Below, piece after piece: positions 46,301 to 52,977 of a DNA stretch of 64,000 nucleotides. The notes beneath the pieces are model-generated. The model was not told the DNA's origin. It made no database searches and saw nothing but the letters and a program-made list of their open reading frames with translations. Source of the DNA: Trichodelitschia bisporula. Taxonomy: Eukaryota. Made by a program: the position numbers and the translations under genes. Where the stretch lies: contig ML996712.1 of the NCBI GenBank assembly GCA_010356995.1, positions 1 through 64,000 of the forward strand, written 5' to 3'. How positions within the stretch are numbered: the stretch's first letter is position 1; every line of letters starts with the position of its first letter.

Positions 46301-46328
46301 TGTGGGGTTTGGCGGCGGGGAGGGGCAT
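37374..46328 (-). CDS. Giant repeat-rich hypothetical protein (2984-codon ORF) with 11-residue amphipathic repeats, Pro/Ser-rich tracts and coiled coils
   Basis: 8.9 kb without a stop. Dozens of ETQAKINGIVA-type units; internal duplications keep the frame. Confidence 0.88.
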   Translation of the reverse strand: MPLPAAKPHTPAPARPVPSAMASTQTGRHHPASPGLRIANLERSLFRNTPPAPSRNASLAPDRSALTTPLAAPPPRPSPCRRSSRSERLPARFLLQNPSPALEAMMYESMDNIYAPWPAWCDDLIMYADKLKEQKDASWPAWCDDLIMYADKLKEQKDFLRMRLGRQIEWEDGLARRAGEGVPWRAPMEFGLPVRGGAGEAAEMGAVEKAPSRIYGTAAPTVQSPAKTNGSVSVPPAETHATVTKAPAGIHRTAAPAVQSPAKVDDIIAKVQATANALVAGIQSTFKGIVAHTHDKTNDLATDTQVSINAIVRETQAKINGLVTGTQTKINGIVAETQAKLNGTAPPVFDAIVTVMWATIKGVVAELLATINGIVAETRATIRGEVAEVQAKIDGSLAKVYATTFGMLATTQANIDGIAAEAEAKLNGSVAPATQPQAKIKGIVAETQAKLHRFLCETQAEIGDIVFTIRLTITDRVAETQATIKGFVTKLQATIGRMVSETQANINGIVAEMQAKMNGPSVEAWPPPAKTDGTAAPAVQPSATINPVVAETLAQTQTPITRAPVPNAIVPQMQTAINGLVVKAQAAINGLVVKTQESINGLVTGTQEMIHDTTIDTQATINRMVAETHAKVSLTAAPAVQPPAAINRVVAGTTVQTQTPITKALVPNTIVPQMQTAINGLAIKAQAAINGLVVETQESINGLVAGTQEMINDITTDTQATINGIVRETQAKIDGIAASEGQPLAKFYGATAEAPAEKHAAITKAPVEIHRTTAPVVQPSTKVNRTAAPEVQPPATINRVVAETPARTPTPVTEAPVTDGFPPEIQVTVDDLCEEIRATDKDMLADMQAKFVGIVTEAQSKINGLVAETQGKLYDIAPPELQQQMTVQGLPVALQAKINGVAAESRSKINGLIVGTKMKINDGVVRSRENIDGIWDDSMAELNHILTQLPAESNGMAREMQAQIDSIVDETDAEINNVIEQSWAAIKTTAGEMQATIDSIVRETQAKLDGIVAGVPTMPQTPVTKSPAKTNDTAAPAVQQQTKLKDICVESLVKIGGVVAAQTNDVVTVSQLTQEVSAETKAKIESITAEFWAKTDSVSAETLVQMNSIVRETQAKVNDIEVEMPTDTQTPVTKIPAEVNGAAAEAVQQPTNIKGISVESMVKIDGVVAAQVNEVVTVSQKMHKDKTAESRAEMRSIARWSQAQMDSAVAETRAKMNIIVRETQKKVNNVIAEVPTTTQPPVTKTPAKVNGAAAEAVQPPTKTKSAVEEAWQKTAEAWEKRRAAVVEKRSMGLKSPPKTKHRPLTPEDLVKEAQSAAASRAAAVETPKDLPALPKKPLSPKDLVKEAHSTAGSRAAAMDEHVKALLKKSPHFTSAAASWAVEKNTIGLQALPQKRLAVSPENFIKEANSAAASGAPFGTPVTVTSGPLPPRKVPSAAVSAPQPPARPTAPDQPLPPVTVELAPRGVDSVLLGKVPLVTTSSWQPQVRPESPYQPLPPVTMVSIPPPESPSPAVPPAQPQAHPKPSYQSRSPVAVVSDPFDRLKLVTTSSWQPQVHPDSPYQPLPPVTIISIPRSESPSPAVSPTQPLARPTSSHQQLSPVTITSGPLSNFPVPVSVIPPPQPQARPTSQHPPLPQGVPDPASPRPYPWSSPLSSPQHATQPLQPTQQLAPSSAAGECEPEANPSSLSNPQESGSTHVQCMTRIADVVRQAREDAKLALEVAGKAREEAREALVGVREARAEAKRACECEKPKHPSVPAEHVKSSSAPADARPASPVEQPAREILQSGMTGMFSSAFFQGKVADHRKEGSSGPIGPRSFSSMLAEAGFDPTPTPVAPCDRKEIAPAHAVPATDLATKVQQVHGERVATEDSDEKAEYARSPARSHFPSMSESQWSTSARPAVLEEQQELNVKSSGPFELLSASDEAQKAPTLPSSLIHHPPASEMLAAFGGPKRDPVPLAAPKEQQLPVAKATLDPTLSPTNGSELSDSELSQIASELSQTVVNSSEENITALPALPPKEPNAYEHPRSSSLSGQTIASPALSPKEPNADDQPPSSSQSDWADARRMTEEYFDTQNRLIMPGRLQEETQRSRDMFDRQYAERKAAPEPDEEGNESTPESEWSTAWQPPSSPMRLPSRPLSPVTLPTSAVELQMPSTRLWSPNADDQPPSSSQSDQSNAMRLMRAYIDTRNRPTMSDRQSEETQRSYDMSDHQRAVREAAPEPEADFESTPESEWSNESHASSSAGALSPASRSLVYPEPQFKIIGLDSGAPEIVWLQKRAPPPPPLRSQSSSASPSSTDGGYEALSFFAPKHGYRRHSPSQPRPSLADIPQLPTGLHAPPPTRDVSLSSNDSNVDRHYVGMSFKDDSRTARESAPSPEIGSKGSDGGPRLTMNRHAPGPVAPGVAPGLDGEMSAGPKDPKVLSDKCIRGLIRTKELAAAKRVLAKVAGQGDKMLTREEKEDIDAANRDSDLSEDEKTGLEKHLQTGSAIESREVFEAYMAKADAEKALADADKAQPAKRLNKMSVKDGRQSHNSPPVLVPGELPRKIQRLREQTKILSDALAKAKAAMIPDPTEENAKKAMPDAGLGQRQPKEWPYGLPASQLLRQIKALKAYREEREKEGLNPNVEVDVETLLDPKETAHAMRMEQMLYDLAMQGSPADPLEPLSRPKSCTCEACSAEHAKWLRTLEALRPAIEDAILVARSRYVVTTVKQGKHIDVNELERTGAQARDKVVAEWKAESEYEELARARYQKRLKKEAEWRALEAATEEKAKKYVTKVVDELQRKRREMREREAAGETVVLAEGVKLVVEPKPKPETIRVSVPNPTSNPASAKIPDPTSVPDPIQIPNTNPAIHSELSPSSEDPPWEISESEWNIYPPFYPNCGVLDPAKAYAAPADKVESADDNNKTEGESNDSAISPLKLPVSPLAEPNPELLRPIVAMVHMPSSSLPPPKHSPGEMDPEVPRESGEVKKPALTIDVSDGTRR
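45855..45980. repeat. 66-bp-period in-frame duplication (WPAWCDDLIMYADKLKEQKD x2)
   Basis: 60-bp copies at 45855 and 45921 with one mismatch. Confidence 0.95.
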
Positions 46329-47434
46329 GCCGGGAGGGGAGTGATGATCGTGGGCTTGGGGGGAGGCGCTGGGCCATTAACTTTGGTCCCCGTGGGGCTG
46401 GACCGGTGATGCAGGGGTTTTAGCGGGACGGCGGGGGGAGAGGCGCGAGCGGTTGGGGCAGATGCGTGTGGACGCGGAGAGCGGTGCGCGGGCAACCAGG
46501 GCGGGGTGTTGTGGTGCAACCCAACAACGACAGCGGCGCTGGAGAGGACTTGGAAGTCGAATGGGATGCGGGGGATTTTGAAGGCGGGGGGGGGGACGTT
46601 CGATTCGGTTGGGTCGACGGTGGTTGCCTCTGTTGATGGGGCAGATTCGGTGGGGCTGGGGGACAAATGGTGGGAGCTGTTGAAGCCGCTGTCCGAAGCG
46701 GGGGCGCAGTTCTCCGGGTCGGGGGATGGCGCGAAGGCGATGTGCTGATAGAACGCTTTGTGGACCCCACGGCTGAGAAGGTGCTGGTACGGATTTCTGT
46801 TGGAAGATGGGGGTTGGGGGAAGCGGCTGGTGAAGAGCAGGCCGCTTGGGGAGTGAATGAAGGCCGGGGGTCCGCGGAGCCTAGGGGGGAGTGGAACATG
46901 GCTCGTGGAAGCGCTGCGAGCCCGGGGTTTGCCGGATCTGTTCATGGTCTCGGTGCTGGATTCCGTCTTGACTTCTTCCTCAGCGGGAAAGAGAGGGGCG
47001 TGTCCGGCGGATCCGTTCATGGCATTGGTGCCGAATTCTGTCTCAACCGCGTCTCCGGCGGGGAACGGGAGGGACGAGGAGGAGTCGGGGGTCATTGGGT
47101 TGGACATGGTGGGCGAAGAGTCCGGTGTGAGTGATAAAACGCAACGGGCGTTATCAGCGGGTGTCCGGTGTTGCGGGTGTGGACACGGGGGTAAACGGAT
47201 GTGGTAAGAATGGCCGATATGGTTTGAGATGACAAGCGGTGGTGGTGCGTTCGTGGTTCGGGCGAGACGAGGGTTGGGGGATGGAGGGCGTTTTGTGTTC
47301 ACCATTTCTCCCATCGTACTCAAGAGAAGGGCTCTGGCTGCTGTAGGTACTGCTGAAGGAGCAGCTGTGCTACTGGAAGGGGTGGAGTGTGTCGCGGGAG
47401 GAGCTCCTAGGACTGGAGAAGTGACGAAGGACAC
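46013..47434 (-). CDS. Pro/Ser-rich ORF, probable N-terminal part of the giant gene
   Basis: 473-codon frame overlapping the giant ORF. One extra base in the G12 run at 46103-46114 would fuse the two frames. Confidence 0.55.
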   Translation of the reverse strand: MSFVTSPVLGAPPATHSTPSSSTAAPSAVPTAARALLLSTMGEMVNTKRPPSPNPRLARTTNAPPPLVISNHIGHSYHIRLPPCPHPQHRTPADNARCVLSLTPDSSPTMSNPMTPDSSSSLPFPAGDAVETEFGTNAMNGSAGHAPLFPAEEEVKTESSTETMNRSGKPRARSASTSHVPLPPRLRGPPAFIHSPSGLLFTSRFPQPPSSNRNPYQHLLSRGVHKAFYQHIAFAPSPDPENCAPASDSGFNSSHHLSPSPTESAPSTEATTVDPTESNVPPPAFKIPRIPFDFQVLSSAAVVVGLHHNTPPWLPAHRSPRPHASAPTARASPPAVPLKPLHHRSSPTGTKVNGPAPPPKPTIITPLPACPSPPPNPTPPRQPAPFPAPWPALKQDDITPPHPASVSPTSSAHSSETPLQPQAETRPSPRIEARSPLHWQPPPPAPPLAAAPPAPSASPRASFCKTLPRHSRP

Positions 47435-47882
47435 TTAGCATTATCGTAGGTAACATTAAGCAGCAGTGCCACTCACCTCTAGAGAAGGGGCTCTGACTGC
47501 TGTAGCAACAACTGAAGGAGCGGCTATGCTGCTGGAAGGCGTGGCGTGAGGCTTGGGAAGAGCAGTTAAGACTAGAGAAGTGACAAAGGATACTTAGCAC
47601 TGTCGTAGGTAACATTAAGCAGCACTGGCACTCACCTCTGTCCCTTCGTCCTTTATCACACCGACACCCGGTGCTCTAGAGAAGGGGCTCTGGCTGTTGT
47701 AGCAACGACTGAATAAGCAGCTGTGCTGCTGGAAGGCGTGGAGTGTGTCGCTGGAGGAGCAGTTATGCTGCAGAAGGCGGAGCGTGAGTCTGGGAGGAGC
47801 ACCTGGGACTAGAGAGGTGCGGAAGGACACTTAGCACTATCGTAGGTAGCATTAAGTAGCACTGCCACTCACCTCTGTCCAT
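47320..47882 (-). repeat. Triplicated exon-plus-intron unit containing three paralogous 64-nt intron-like sequences
   Basis: Minus strand AGAG/GTGAGTG...GCTAAGT...pyrimidines...YAG/TC at 47809-47872, 47572-47635 and 47413-47476; the flanking exon-like parts are also homologous. Confidence 0.85.
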
Positions 47883-47959
47883 TTGTGTTTTATCACACGT
47901 GCACCCGGTACCCGTTGATTTACGCTTACTGGGTCCAGGCTCCCTTCACGCTCGCGGCT

Positions 47960-48480
47960 GTTGCTGACGGAAGTTGTGGGCGGTAATGGAATGATAGTTG
48001 CTTCGTGAGGCAGACGGAAAGTGTAAGAGGACGGAAACCTGCTTCTTCGTTCAGTAGATGTGATCCGTTTCAGGGAAGGTGATTAGCAGCTTGGAGGAAG
48101 AGACACCGACACACTCTCAAGCCACGAAAGGACGAACAACTGCAAAGGGAAGCCCGGGTCTTCAGACGCTGACGTGCTTGCTCTCTGAGTGAGCTTAGCA
48201 AGGGAATGAGAATGGACACCTGCTTCTGCGTTCAGTACGGGAGATCTGCTGAAGGAAGTTGTGAGCGGTGATGGGCTAATGGTTGCTTCTTGAAAAAGAC
48301 GGAAAAGACACGATGAACACCTGCTTCTGCGTTCAGCAGGGGAGATCCACTGCAGAGAAGCTGATTAGCAGCTTGGAGGAAGAGACAACGACACTATCTC
48401 AGGCCACGAAAGGACGAACAGCTGCGAAGGGAAGGCTAGATCTTCAGACTCAATGTGCTTCTCTGTACGTGAGCTTCGCA
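47960..48480. repeat. Degenerate direct repeat, about 282-bp period
   Basis: GATTAGCAGCTTGGAGGAAGAGACA at 48081 and 48363; GCCACGAAAGGACGAACA twice; CCTGCTTCT...CGTTCAG three times. Confidence 0.85.
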
Positions 48481-48890
48481 GTTAGCACGCCGTCGACACA
48501 CAGTCACGATCCCATACCTTTCGGTTAGAAGTTGCCAGAGTGTTCAGTTGAAGGACAGAACTGGAGAAGGAAGAGAGGAGATGGGGGAAGGCGGTGTTAT
48601 GAGAGGGAGGAGCAGGAAGATTCGGAGTCCCCCACCTCTCCAACCTCCGACTCCAAAGGCAAGTTCTCTCAGCAGTGACGCACAATCAGGGTAAGAAACT
48701 CCACCCCCGGATTCTGGCAGCGACCCAGAACCGGTAAAGAAATCTCCACCCCCGCACTCCGGTAAGGATCCAGGCGGTTTCCAGGCCTAAATGGTGGCGA
48801 GCACCTGATTAGTCCATCCCAAAGGTTCAGGTCATTACACAATCTGTTCCATGAAATCACAATCCAGGTCAGTCATAATGTCATGTGTTG

Positions 48891-50453
48891 CTAAATTCCG
48901 GTGCTGCCATGTGCGTCCAAACTCCCGTGATGATGCGTTGGGCAATGCGCGGAACCATATTCCCACAAAAGAGACCCTAGAGTCCCCTTGAGGCACTTCG
49001 CCGATACTCCGACGGACCTCCAACAGTCACAGCCCAGAACCAGTCGCCCATTCCCACAATCACATGTCGGCTTCCAGCCCCCAGTGTCCCTGATGTTTTC
49101 CGGAATGATGTACGGGCTCACCCGCCTCTTGGTCAACAGCCGGACCCAGAGACAGATCTGGTTCAGGCGCTCGGAAAATTTGTCCTCATCCGAGGGTGCA
49201 GGGAACTTGATGTGCGCAGAAATCGTATCGGGAGGCGCGCCAGGAACCATGTTGTCGGAAGGGGAGAAAAATTGCGGTCCCAACAAATCAGCGAGGGCGG
49301 CCCTCTGACCCCGCCTGTATGGACTGAGGGGAGCAATCTCATAACGAACAAGATTGTCTTCCGAGAGCGAATCCTTCGTCCAATCGTCTGCAACGCGCTC
49401 AGGGAAAACTGGGAAATACTGTTGTGTAGTCGCCGTGCCGAATGAAAGTGAAGGAAGCGAAGAAGAGGAAAAGTCGGAAGCTGCAAGGTCAATCAACTGA
49501 CAAAATAAGGGTTGAAGGGGACCTACCACAGGCGGAGTCGGCAACGGGCAGCACCATGGAGAGCGCACTAGCGCCGCTTCGCGCGCCCATCCCCGTCGGC
49601 CACACGCAACTCGCTGATGCTGGATAAACGCTATAGAGAACAAACATCAGTATACGTACAGGCCCAAGGTAGCAGTAAACAGAGCAAAATAGAAACATAC
49701 GGCAGTTGCGACGTCATGGCGTCGATGGCCTTCGAAGTGCCCATCGGAAATGGCCTGCTCCCGGCATTCGGGAGATTCTCCCAACTTTGCGGCAAGAGAT
49801 CAGCTTGAGCCTCCGAAGAGGCTTTCACGAAATAAAATGGCGGGCTGAGGCTCACGCGTTTGAGCGGGTTCAACGCAGTCGGAGCATCCTCCGTGGCGAC
49901 AACGGGACCATGCGCCGCTTCAGTAGCCACAGAAAGCCCCCAATCCAGGATGGTACGAGGGGTGGTGATGGCAACCGTAAAGGCCGCAGCGTTCCACTTG
50001 TTGTCTGGATGCGTCGAATCCTTCCCATCCAGAAGGATGACACGCTTGCAGAGAGCGTACGTCGGACCGCTGTAGAAGCCGTCCTCGTTAGTCATGGCCA
50101 GCTGCTCAGGGGTGATCGGATCTCCAAGAGTCAGCCTGCCGGGTTGCATCATGGCTGCGGGGAGATCACATGTTAGCGAAGGCCAGTGGCATAATCGCGC
50201 ATGATTGTAGGTTCAAGGGGGCGGCGATGGTGGTTGTGGATGTAGACATACCTGCGGCCGCCGCAGTCTCGAGCCTCGGCCGCTTAGCCTGGACAGCCTT
50301 GCGAACAGTGTCCAAGTCCATGATCCTGGATTTAGGAGGAGCAGTAGCCGACTCAGGGCGCGCGTCGGACTGCTGCGAAGACGAGTCGACAGTCGAGTCG
50401 TCCATGGGGTCGCAGGGAATGAAGGTGACTCCCTGCGGTAGGCGTTGGGCCAT
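48891..50453 (-). CDS. Four-exon hypothetical protein (449 aa) with a Cys/His-rich C-terminus; introns 50155-50251, 49631-49700 and 49481-49526
   Basis: Three GTATGT/GTAGGT...YAG introns with branch sites. Phases 1, 2 and 1 all match, and the exons total 1350 nt with no internal stop. Confidence 0.75.
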
Positions 50454-50869
50454 GGTGGGTGGATAATTCGGAAATGAGAAACGGAGGTGGGTGTGGGTGT
50501 GGAAGAAGTGGATAAGGATTTGAAAATCAAAAACAGGGATGTGTGAAAGGTTGTGGACGCAGCGGCCTTCACCTGCGGGCGCGGTAAAAAGAAGCCAGTA
50601 CTGTGATCGCGACGTCTTGGCAATGTTTTTCGCGGTTGCGGCTTGGCCAGCGGATCATCCTGCCTTCGCGCGCGCCGGAGTCGTCGGAACCAGCTTCAGC
50701 ATCGAGGACATGATTGTCAGATACATGGTGGTGCTCGGCCCTGTCTGCCCTCAGAGTCGCATCCTGCATACCGCCTCCCCCTATCGCACCTGCTCGAACC
50801 TCGAGTTTCAGTACAAACCACGATCGATGAAGAGCCAGTAGCGGACATTGCAGACTAGCCACCTGCCCT

Positions 50870-50978
50870 CTGATTTTCCGCAAACTGCTGGATGCGCTGG
50901 GGCTGTTAGACGCGTGCGCGACGATGCTGTGCATGCATCTTACGGCCCCAGCGCATCGAACAGTTTGCGGAAAACCAG
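50870..50978. repeat. Long near-perfect inverted repeat (hairpin, about 47-bp arms)
   Basis: TTTTCCGCAAACTGCTGGATGCGCTGGGGC (50874-50903) pairs with GCCCCAGCGCATCGAACAGTTTGCGGAAAA (50945-50974) at 28/30. Pairing continues inward to a loop of about 7 nt. Confidence 0.92.
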
Positions 50979-51350
50979 CAGACCAGCTCCAAATCCGCAA
51001 CTTCCGCCTACGGGCTCATCATGAACGACGATGCATGCGGGAAATCGAGGTCTTCGATGTCCTGCGGCATCATTAGCTTCCTGTGCACCACCATATAATT
51101 TACTCACCGTGCTGAACTTCTTTTACTATCTTTAACTCCATGACCTCACAGAAAGGCATCCAAAAGTATGCGGAAATCAGCAGACCAGTTCCAAATCCGC
51201 ACATCCGCCTACCAACTCATTATCGACGACGGTGCATGCTGTAAATTGCCCTCTCTCAAGTCCTGTGCCATGATTAACTTCCTGTGCACCATCATAGAAT
51301 TTTCTCACCGTGGTAACCTTTTTGTATTGTCTTTAGCTCCGGAATCTCAC
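50966..51350. repeat. Degenerate direct repeat, about 203-bp period, each copy with an intron-like segment on the minus strand
   Basis: CAGCAGACCAGYTCCAAATCCGCA, CTTCCTGTGCACCA and CTCACCGTG occur in both copies. Minus strand GTGAGT...GCTAAT...CAG at 51062-51107. Confidence 0.85.
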
Positions 51351-52169
51351 CACATTTACACGGACAGGATCACAGCTTTCCCAACTCGGCAAACCGCGCA
51401 TCAAAGTCCATTGATCACCCACGGATGACTAGGTGCCAGGATCGAGGAACGATCAGCAGGAAGAATCCAATATATGACAGCGAACGCATGGTAATCGCCT
51501 TGACAGGACATTTATCGTTCGCGCGTTCGCGATGTATATTGCTTCACGACGGTGGCTGGGGGTCCGGCCCCGAGCATGCGTTTCTGTTTAGAATTAGTTC
51601 TACCATTTGCGTCACTAACACTTGACAAGGAGCATTGAAAATGTAGGACCATTGTCATTCATAGACCTGCGGGAAAAGCATTGTTACATTTGTAGACGTG
51701 AGGACATTTGGTGAGATACGTTTGCAGTCGAGACGACATGTCGTTAGAAGTCAAGCAATCGCGTCGGAAACTAGTTTCGCCGCACCGTCACGTCTTCAGG
51801 TTAACGCGGGTTAGGGGATTAACGCCACCGCACAGCGCCACAGCGCCACAGCGCCACCCCTCTATTCGACACACACATCATCTCACCCCCTCGCCAAATA
51901 AACAACCACCTCTCATCTCGCTCATACCACATCTCAACTTCTCAACTCACATGCCCAAACTAAGATTGTCGATCTCCCTAGCAATATCCCCTCGGCAAAG
52001 ACCCGCACAGCAAAAATCACCACGTAACCTTGCATGTTGACACATGGGCCACAAAGCCCACAACTGAAATTATTCACACACCGAAGCCTCAAACCCCAAG
52101 GCTCATCTCCTACTATACACATCCCATCACCCCCCCAATCCGCTTTTCGTCATCTCCATCTCCATTCCT

Positions 52170-52977
52170 CTAAGCCTCAACCTCAAACCCCCCCTCCACG
52201 GCCGGGAATTCCCCCTCCACACCCGGGCCGTGCGAGTGCCCGCCCATACCGCTCATACCGCTCATACCACCCATAGCCGGCTGCGGCGCCGGAGCCGCAG
52301 GCTTAGGCGTCGCGGCGGCAACCGGGGTCACGGCCTTGGGGGGCGCAGCAGGAACAACAGGGGGCTTGGGCGCCGGCGCCGCAGCGACCGGGGGCTTCGG
52401 GGCCGCGGCCACGGGCGTGGGCGCCGCGGGCTTGGGCACAACAGCAGCAGCGGGCGTGGGCGCTGCAGCTGCAGCGGGCGTGGTAGGCGCCGCACCCGGG
52501 AAGGTCGTGAAGGGCGGGGCAGGCGCGCCGCCGCCGAAGCCGGGCAGACCACCGGGAACGGAGCCAGCGCCGAGGCCGCCGAGCAGGTCGAGCCCGGGGA
52601 TCATGGGGATGCCGCCGGTGCTGCTGAGCCAGGTGCTGAACTGCGACACCTCAGTCCCGAGACCGGTCAGGATGCTGTCGAAGGTGAAGGTGGTGTTGGC
52701 GGGCATGAAGGCGCCGAGGATGCCGCCGATGGTGGCGCCGAGGGTGGCGAGGAGGCCGCCGCCGATAATGGCGGCCTCCCAGTTCAGGGAGGTGGTGGCG
52801 CTGGTGCCGTTGGCTTGGGTGATGGTTAGGGCCATGGAGGGGTCTGCGGGGTTAGCTGGGCTTGAGGGGGGGGTGGGCGTGGGACGAACATTGCTGGGCG
52901 CGCTTGTGGAGCGGGGAGGCATCCACGGCGGCAGCGGCGGCCAGGACGGCCGTAACGGCGTTGGCGATCTGAACCAT
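52170..52977 (-). CDS. Secreted Pro/Ala-rich protein (253 aa) with signal peptide, Kex2-like KR site, Gly-rich hydrophobic segment and Met/His tail; intron 52844-52889
   Basis: MVQIANAVTAVLAAAAAVDASPLHKR; the intron GTTCGT...GCTAAC...CAG joins the exons in frame; strong codon bias. Confidence 0.85.
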
